This document shows positions 55,670 through 64,000 of a stretch of 64,000 nucleotides of DNA, one piece after another (the first letter of the stretch is position 1; each line of letters opens with the position of its first letter). Source of the stretch: Macrostomum lignano. Lineage: Eukaryota. The stretch spans positions 37,611-101,610 of the forward strand of contig NIVC01001790.1 in assembly GCA_002269645.1 (NCBI GenBank), given 5' to 3'. The position numbers were made by a program, and so were the translations under genes. Under the pieces are notes generated by a model. The model had not been told where the DNA came from, did not search any database, and saw nothing but the letters and a program-made list of their open reading frames with translations.

Positions 55670-58600
55670 TTGTTGTTAGATGCGGTGAGCCTCTCCTAGA
55701 GGGGACACAAGCCGATGGCCCCCAGAAGAAGCGCCACCACGTCGGCGCGATCGAGATCTCTTAATTAAGCTGCAACTGCCGTTGGCACGGCGCTGAGATT
55801 CAAGGGCCGGACAGTTAAACAGATGGAACTGGTCCACCGCCTCCTCGCAGAGCCAACAGTTACCACAACTCGTTTCGGTAGTATGCCGAGTCTGGGCAGT
55901 GGCCGGTACGGGTTTGTGAGACGAGGACCTGCTGTCTTCTTGGGCCCGTGTGCATGGTGACAGTTTGGCCGTGAGTCCGGGTCAGTGGGCAGTCAGGGTA
56001 GGTCTATACCTGAGGAGGTGCCGGATGCGGGCCTTCGCGGATTCGAAGGTGATGGCGACGTTGTCTTGCGGGAGGGTGGTCGTTTGCCTTGCCTCCGCGT
56101 CAACAAGCTCATTGCCTGTGACTCCAGAGTGCCCTGGCACCCATTGCATGGTGATTCTGGTCTAGTGGGCAGCGGCGATGAGGCGCCCCTTCACGTTTTC
56201 GACCAGAGGATTTGTGGTCGGGCGATCCGCCTGCAGGGCCGCGATGACACTCTAGCTATCATGAGGATAGCGGCCTCCTCGGGAGACCCCTTGTTCGCAG
56301 CAAGCCGGCTTCAGGCTAATAGGCGTGACGCCCGCCTCCAAGTAGATGGCCTCAACGGGGGTCAAGCGAGGGAGACCCGTTACGATCCGGAGGGCTTCGC
56401 GCTGCATGCGGTCGAGGGCGTTGAGGCGAGTCATGGCCAGCCACGGTGTCTAGACTGCAGCCGCGTTCCAGATGACGGATTCATCAAGGGCGCGGTAGGC
56501 ACGCAGGAGCAGCTTGCTGTCCCAGCCCCACTCACGGTGAGCGAGGGCCCGCACGATGGCCCCCTGGCGGAGCATTTTGTCCCGGACAGAGGAAGTCTGC
56601 TTGTCAAAGAGGAGGCCTCGGTCAACCCAGATACCGAGGAACTTGATCTCTGGCTTCACTGGAATCTGCTGACCGAGAAGCGCGATGTTAAGATTGCGGT
56701 GGCGATCATCCCGATCATGAGAGATAATACAGCACTCCGTTTTAGACGGATTGATGTCAATGCGCAGGTGGGAAGCCCAGCCAGCCTTCAACGCGCTGTA
56801 GGGCGGCCTGGAGCCGCGCCTGGGTTTCCTGCAAGTTACGGTCGGTAGTCCATATCGCGAGATTATCGGCATAGCCACTGTAGTCGATGTGGAGCGCAGT
56901 GTGTCCAGACCACATGTTAGTGCAGAGGACTGGCGAGCTGACGGCGCCCTGGGGGAGGCCTCCCGCAGCCTGCGCCACTTCCCAATCGTGGAGCCAATCC
57001 GCACGGCCATCTGCCTGCCTTCGAGGAAGCTGGCAAACAAGTGCACCATGCAAGCGGGAATGCCTTCATCCATCATCCGGCCAATGATTCAAGTACACCA
57101 GACTCGATCGAACGCGCGTGAGCAATCGATGAGGACGGCCACCGATTTCAGGTGCGGGCGTTTCTCCCCAGCCATCTTGCATGGATTGGACCAAGCGGGT
57201 GATCTGCTCTTCGCAGTTGCGGCCCCGTTGGAATCCAGCTTGCCAGGGCTGGATAATGTTGTCGCATTCAAGCCTGCAGTAGAAGCGGTCCAGAATAAGC
57301 CGCTCAAGAATTTTGCCGCAGATGGAGGTGAGGCTGACTGGCCTATAGCTACCGAATTCTTTGGGATCTTTGCCATCCTGCAGCAGTGGGACAATAACAG
57401 CCTTCTTCCAGACTCCAGGAGAGTGGCCAGTGCGCCAGCAGTGGTTGAAGACAGAGAGTCAGGCACTCATCCAGGAGTCCGGGAGATGGACGAAAGGCCG
57501 CTTCAATATCGTCGGGGCCACACTTTTTGGCTGGGTCGAGTTTTTATCGACGGCCCGTCTCAATTCGCCAGGAGTGAAATCCCTGCAGTAGTGATCGTTG
57601 TCCACAGAGTATCGAGACAGGCGCTTGGCCATGGGAACTTTGATTTTGCGGTCCCCAGTTGTGTGCTTGAGAGTGCTGATTTCCTCGTAGTGTCGGTATT
57701 AGCTTTTTTCTTGTCCGAGCGCAGTTCTCGGCCGTTGACGACAAGCGATTCGCTAGGGGGATTGCTGATGGCCGTTGGTCAGGCACTTGACAGTCCTCCA
57801 GACCTGCTTGCAGTCGGAGGAATCTGACTGACATTTTGATGACATAGTTTTGTCAGAATTCGGCTTTCTTATAGTGGCGCAGAGTTTGGACAGCTCATGG
57901 CTTTTTTCAAGCCACTCGCGGGGAGGAGCGCTCGATTCTCGCAGCAGATTACGGGTGTTGCGGAGCGCGCTGAGCTCATCGTCCGAATAGGGCTTGTTAT
58001 TATTAGACACCTTTTTGAGCGGAATGGCCGCTTCAGCGGCTTTGAGCATGACAGAGCACAGCCTGGTGATCTGCTTCTTAGTCGAGCCACTGTTGAGATG
58101 GTCTGAGTCCGCAGCAAGAAGGGCCTGGTAGGCGGCCCAGTCCACCTTTTTCCGTGCCCAGCTGAGACGGGGAGCGGTGCAAAGGGTTTCTCGTAACTCC
58201 CGCACCGTCAACGGGATAGGCCGATGGTCGGATCCAAGCTCGGTAAGCGGCCGCCAGTTGCAGTGGTCGGCCACGGATTTGCTAGCAATGGTGAGATCGG
58301 ATGCGCTGGACCGACCGGTGCCTCTGTCAACGCAAGTGTGCTCACCCGTGTTAAGAATGCGGTAGCCTGTGGAGTCACACCAGTCAACCAAAGCAGTGAG
58401 CTTGAGCTGCACCCTCAGGTCCTTGATCAGGGTCGCTGCCACAGGCGTGGTGATGTAAGTTGAAAGCACCAACCAGGATCTCGCGGTGGAAGCACCGGAG
58501 CCAGCTGTCGACGCTGGGGTGTTCACGGTGGTCCTCACCTTCAACGCGACGAATGGGGGCCGGTAAATGTTGGAGTTGACAAGTTTATGCCTGGCTGAGG

Positions 58601-59120
58601 TGCTTATCGATATTCTACATCCTTCGGTGGTGACGCCGGATCAGCGTCTCAGCTTCTTGAATGGGATGCCTTGCCGGATGAAAAAGAGCAGGCCGTCACC
58701 TTTGATGTTCGGGTCGAGCCGGGCGGTTTGACGATCTTTGCAGATGGTGCTGAACACCGGGATGCGGGGGTCCTGTTGAAAGAGGTGAGCTTCGACTCCT
58801 GCACCGCAACAATGTCGACTTGAAGCCGGATGACCAGGTCCTCGAGCTCGTCCATTTGGTTGCTGACGTTCCATTGGAGAATTGAGTTCAGAGTTCTTTT
58901 TAGGGTTCCAGCCTTCTTGTTGGTGGGAGCGGCGCGTGTCCCCGGCAGTGGGATCAGGTTCTTCAGGGTTGTTGCTGTTGTAAAACTATGCAGAAGGTTT
59001 ATAAGTAACGTTTAACAGAAGTCATTGTCGGGTCTGAATCATAATTCCGCGAGTGGTCCGCAGTGTCTTTGACAGATGGTCGATCCGGAAAAGTCAATCT
59101 TTTGGATGACAATGGTGTTG
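55670..59120 (-). mobile_element. Decayed APE-RT-RNase H non-LTR retrotransposon (I-group/Ingi-like)
   Basis: APE ILQWNVS...DIVAVQESKL, RT DCSRAFDRVW, GLPQGAVSSP and YADN(L), then QREALRIVTGLPRLTPVEAIYLEAG, RNase H WVPGHSGVTGNELVD, and a terminal CWLC...H...C finger. Many stops and frameshifts. CAA-rich tail near 55670. Boundaries are approximate. Confidence 0.88.
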
Positions 59121-59534
59121 TGAAAATGAATATAATGGTTACAATATTTGCATTTTAGGGCTAAAATGTGAACTCGTGGTATGAAAGACCCATACAGTTA
59201 TAAGTAGTACAGATGAAGGTTGAAAACTCCTTAAGTGTCATGACACTGCATAGGCAAACATTTGATAAGCTGGCACGGTCTTATCATTTTGTGATCTCAA
59301 ACCATGCAGCCACGTGTTGCATGCAAATTTAGCGTTAGTTCATAAGCAGCCCCTGCATTCGATGGCCTGTCTTTCCCGTTTCCAATCTTGGAGTTTTATT
59401 ATCTATAGCTTGAATTGAATAATGTAAGCCGCTTTGAAATTGAATTACCAGTTCAAAGAAAGTCTCCAACAAACTTTATTTTATTCTATGACTCAAAAAA
59501 CACCGGAAATTATAAAAGTAATAACACCGGAGAA

Positions 59535-62500
59535 ATGCAACAACAATTGAAAGTGGCCATTGTTGGCGGCGGCATCATTGGCACCGCGTGTGGCCTGAGA
59601 ATTCTGGAGACCCTGCCAGCCGCCGAGGTGACTATTTTCACCGATCAGGTGACGCCGAACACAACTGGAGATGTGGCGGCCGGATTCTGGACTCCTGTTT
59701 ACCTGAGCAAGACGCCAACTCAGCTAAGCGAGTGAGTTCTCTGAGATCGCCATGCCCATGACATTGAGCCAATTGGTATCTCAGCAACTCCCCTCCTGAG
59801 CCTTAGCATCTCAGCAACTCGCCCCCACTGAGCCTTGACATCTCAGCAACTCCCCATTGAGTCAATTGGCATCTCAGCAACTCCCCATTGAGCCAATTGG
59901 CATCTCAGCAACTCCCCATTGAGTCAATTGGCATCTCAGCAACTCCCCTCCTGAGCCTTAGCATCTCAGCAACTCCCCATTAAGTCAATTGGCATCTCAG
60001 TAACTCCCCATGGAACCATGGCATCTCAACAATTCCCTCCCTTCACGCACAGCAAAACAGCTTTTATTCTAGAGCGAATAACTTTCCTGTCTCTAAAAGT
60101 CTAACAATTTCTGAGAAAGTTTCTAAGACGTTTATGCAAAAGTAATCCTCAGCGGTATTGGATTTTCTGTACAAAGCTGATTCAAGCTTAACTTTCATAC
60201 AAAAAACGATGACTACATGTAATATTTCTCAAACTACTGTTAAAACACCTTAACAATCTTCAATTGTAGTTCCTGGTCGGAAGAAACCTATCGCTATTTG
60301 CAATCGATTGTGGAGTCAAATCCGACGCCTGGAGAGAACGGGGTGCACTACACTCCGGGATACACTGTCTACAGGTCGGAGAACTTACCAGTAAGCAGAT
60401 TATTTCAATGATTATTCAGATTGAGAGTGTGCAACTACACACTTTAAAAGCATAGAAATCAATACTATTGAAGCACACTGTCTTTCCTCAAAACGTCACT
60501 GATTATTCTGAAGGCTGTTTCTAAAAATAGAAAATTACGTCAGTGAAAATTTTATGGTGCTGCTAAAAATAGAAACACGCCATACCCAGAGCTTCTGGGA
60601 CTTTCTAAGAATAGAAAATTATCTCCGACCAGTACGAGTAATCGTATCCATTTTTATAGCTAAATATAGTCTGACGTCATTTTCGAGGGTTAAGGAAACA
60701 AAATCGTTCGGTTTTTTGCACTCGCAGGTAATCAGTTGGTCGCACATTCCAATAGGATTTCGTCCGATGACCGAATCAGAGGTGTCAATGTTCCCGCCGG
60801 AAATTAAAGGCGGCTACTTCTACGTGTCAGTCATGGCTGAGGGTAGAAAGCTGCTGCCTATTCTGATGGATAAGTAAGTGAAGCTTAATCTCGGATTTTA
60901 TTGCTTGTTGCAGAAATCCTGGGTGTAAGTACTGTGGTAAGTACAAATTTACTTTGGAACACTCATTAAAAAATAGTTTTTAACCATTCTGGCGGATTCT
61001 ACCAGACCATTTAAGAGTTCTAGCATGGGTTTGTGTTCAGGTTCCTGTTCTAGTTGCTGTTATGGTTGTAGTTCCTGTTCCAAAGGGTCTGGTCTATGAG
61101 AATTTCCCACAGGAAGTTTTCCCGCAGAGTTTTTCCTGTCAAAATTTCAAGTCAAATCCAATCGGATTTGAAATCTAGTCTAGTCTAGTTCTAATCTAGT
61201 CTAGTTTTTAATCTAGTCTAGTTTATGTCTAGTCTAGTCTAGGCTAGTCCTAATCTAGTCCAGCATTGTCTATAGACTGGATTTGACTTGACTGGAAAAA
61301 CCTTGCCGGAAAACCTCGGCGGGATATTCTCGTGCTCCCGTTCCAAATGCAGTCCCTGTTCTGCAGGATGTAGTTGTTTGGTTCTGGATGTATAGTTCGG
61401 TTAAGGATGTAGTTTCGGTTCCGGTTCCTGTACCTGATGTGATTCGTTCTACCAGGGTCATGTAAGTTCCTCTCGCAATTTGGTTGATCTTGCTCAGTTT
61501 TAATGACAAATTATTGCAGTCCTGCTCAGTCTAAGTTTCAGTTTTTATTTTCGATTTTCTAGCGTCACTACATGCCACCGAATTGCCAAAAAAACACCGC
61601 AGATTTAAAAGACTCGGTGGTCGCCTTGTAACCAACCGTCGTCTGACCTCGTTTGACTCTCTGATTGGCCAGGGCTTTGCTCGAATCGTCAACTGCACGG
61701 GTCTGGGGGCCAGGGACCTCTGCGCCGACGAGAAAATGTACCCCATCAGAGGGCAGGTGCACCGGGTAAGAGCACCGTGGATGAACTTCTGGCTGATGGA
61801 CTCGGAGACCAGCACATACTGCTTGCCAAAGTGAGTGGAAGGCAATGAATTGGATTTTTGGAAGTCGGTGTAAGAGTTTAGTTTACACTAGCAATCTACG
61901 CCCCCCGTTGGGGAGCCAAAGAAATGCAATGCACGTTTTTTTAATAAGCTGCATGTAGCCTTGAAATCTTAAAAAATCTCCTGTGAAACTTCTAACCCAA
62001 CCATAACCCTAAATTTAATATTTTGTCCATGAGTTTTTACATGACGCTTCCATTATTTTTGCATGACGCTTCCATGATAAACATTTTTAATAAGCTACGA
62101 GCTACATGAGCTAAGTTATAAGCTACCCTAACCCAGCCCTAACCCGAATCTTAACGCTATAACCCTGAACCCTAAACCTAAACCCTAACACCAACCCTAA
62201 CACCACCCCTAACACCAACCCTAACACCAACCCTAACACCAACCCTAACACTAACCCTAACACCAACCCTAACACTAACCCTAACACCAAACCTAACACT
62301 AACCCTAACACCAACCCTAACACTAACCCTAACACCAACCCTAACACTAACCCTAACACCAACCCTAACACTAACCCTACAGCCTGACATCTGCATAAGT
62401 TTGTGAAGCGCTAGTAGTATTTTTTAGCTTAGTATCTTAGCGTTGGGGAGCCAAAAATGCAGTACAAGTTTTGTAATAAACTACATGTAGCATCTCTTTG

Positions 62501-63821
62501 CAATATACCTCAGCCGTTTCTTGTAAGCCTTGACACGTCAGTAATTCCACCCCCCCTCCCACAAGCTTTAACATATCAACTTCCCCCCTGACATCTCAGC
62601 GATGCCCCCCATATGAAATCTAAAAAAATATGTCCACCTAACACTAACCCTAGCCTAACTCTAACCCTAACCCTAACCCTAACCCTAAAGCACTGACATT
62701 TCAGTAATTCACTCCAAGAGTCATTATAGCACTACAGCATTATAGCGATTCCCTGCAAGCCTTGACATCGTAGGGATTCCCAAATGAATCTCTTAACTTC
62801 GACATGAAGCTTCTTTTAATTTTTACATTACGCTTTTTCTATCAGCGATCCCTCCCCTGAGGAAGCAACAAATAATGTATTAAAAAGTTTTCAATAAACT
62901 ACATGCAGCTTCTGACTTTAGCCTTGACATTTCAGCTATTCCCCCTGTAAGCCTTGAAATGTCAGCGATGCCCCCCATAAACCTTGAAATCTGAAAAATC
63001 CCCTGTTAACCTTGAAACCCGCTAAAATCTAACCATCAATCCAAACCTGACCTAAACCTAACTTTAACCCAACCTAAAGCCTTGAAATCTCAGCAATTCT
63101 TCTCCCCTAAGCCTTGACATTTTAGTGATTCCTTCTTTAAGAATCACAGCACTATAACGATTCCCTCCAAGCCTTGACATCGTAGCAATTCCCAAATGAA
63201 TCTTTTAACTTCGACAGGACTTTTCTTTTATGTATACATAGTGCTTCTTTTCTTTTTTACATGACTCTTCTTCTATCAGCGCCCCCGTGGCGAGCCAACA
63301 AAGAATGTAATAAAAAATTGATCGGTATTGATCGGTAAATGCACTAATGATGCATCTAGGGTTTGATTCTCAAGTCAAAGTCTAGATGCTCAAACGAAAG
63401 ACAGTATGGTCAACTCAGGGACTACTTAAACTTAAGGACTAGTTTAAGTAGTCCCTGGGTCAACTGAAGATTAATGTGCTTAAATGAAGGTCACGATACT
63501 CAATTAAAAGTTACATTGCTCAAAATAAAGATCACAATAGTCAAGTTAATAGAGTCTGTTCATGATACTGAAATTACATTTATGCTAGATTAAAATTTGC
63601 CTCACCGACCATGCAGTTCGGACACTGTGGTACTCGGCGGCACCTCACAGAAAGGCAACTGGAGCACGGAGGTGTCAGCAGTTGACAAAGCGGACATCCT
63701 GCACCGAGTAACATCTCTGTGGCCGTCACTTGCCTCAGCTCCCATTGTGCAGGACGCTGTCGGTCTGCGGCCTGGTCGTGAGCAGGTTCGCTTGGAGAGG
63801 GAAATTCGACCCGACTGTACT
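59535..63821 (+). CDS. DAO/DDO: D-amino-acid oxidase / D-aspartate oxidase (first 5 exons; last exon beyond the window)
   Basis: Exons 59535-59731, 60270-60390, 60728-60873, 61603-61830 and 63617-63821 are in phase. Motifs VAIVGGGIIG, TTGDVAAGFW, VNCTGLGA, PIRGQV, VLGGTSQKGNW and VGLRPGR. The GHG-containing C-terminus is not in the window. Confidence 0.93.
59745..60035. repeat. ~31-bp repeat in DAO intron 1
   Basis: CATCTCAGCAACTCCCCATTGAGCCAATTGG variants, related to units in intron 4. Confidence 0.85.
61098..61331. repeat. Foldback (inverted repeat) element with CTAGT-rich loop in DAO intron 3
   Basis: Arm 61098-61160 (GAGAATTTCCC...AAGTCAAATCCA) is an imperfect reverse complement of 61278-61331. 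Confidence 0.7.
62155..62380. repeat. Telomere-like 12-bp repeat (CCCTAACACCAA / CCCTAACACTAA) in DAO intron 4
   Basis: Alternating CCCTAA and CAC(C/T)AA hexamers. A pure (CCCTAA)4 tract lies at ~62664-62688. Confidence 0.85.
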
Positions 63822-63865
63822 GTGAGTTCGAATTTAGTAGCCTTTTATCTGACTTACGATTCATA

Positions 63866-64000
63866 CAGTTCGAGTTGAGTATAGCTTCTCAACCTGATTC
63901 CGTTCGAGTTGAGTAGTTTCTCAACCTGATTCAGTTCGAGTTGAGTATAGCTTCTCAACCTGATTCAGTTCGAGTTGAGTATAGCTTCTCAACCTGATTC
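63866..64000. repeat. 34-bp minisatellite starting DAO intron 5 (runs off the window)
   Basis: GTTCGAGTTGAGTATAGCTTCTCAACCTGATTCA, with an internal GTTGAG/CTCAAC hairpin. Confidence 0.9.

Noticed and set aside
63866-64000. Palindromic 34-bp repeats (also the 38-bp array at 40330 and the ~30-bp array at 21663) resembling CRISPR repeats
   Set aside because: The units are head-to-tail with no unique spacers, there are no cas genes, and the context is eukaryotic and intronic.

Overview
Animal genomic DNA with spliceosomal GT-AG introns, GC-rich exons and introns packed with tandem repeats. The style resembles a free-living flatworm such as Macrostomum, but that is an inference. I reconstructed seven protein genes by hand. 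On the minus strand: a Zn-dependent MDR alcohol dehydrogenase, a full-length 14-exon xanthine dehydrogenase/aldehyde oxidase family gene, an EMAP/EML WD40 gene and an orphan single-pass membrane protein. On the plus strand: an atypical Rab-like GTPase, an SLC7 amino-acid transporter and a D-amino-acid/D-aspartate oxidase that runs off the window end. There is one tRNA-Pro(AGG). Mobile DNA includes three hAT-type non-autonomous elements with exact 8-bp TSDs, a small GGG-ended MITE, two RNase H-type LINE remnants, a dead Gypsy integrase/LTR remnant and a near-intact 5.5-kb Penelope-like element (PLE). The PLE is the highlight. It has two 330-bp terminal direct repeats (no mismatch seen by eye), each carrying a minimal type I hammerhead ribozyme, and a third diverged copy 42 kb away shows compensatory stem changes. 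Its ORF1 encodes a catalytically degenerate SGNH-esterase-like domain. Its AUG-less RT/GIY-YIG ORF2 sits in the -1 frame behind an A_AAA_AAC heptamer, a stop codon and a GC-rich stem-loop, making it a candidate gag-pol-style programmed frameshift. A homopolymer assembly error cannot be excluded. A second theme is that almost every large intron carries its own minisatellite, several of which are built from copies of the adjacent splice signal.
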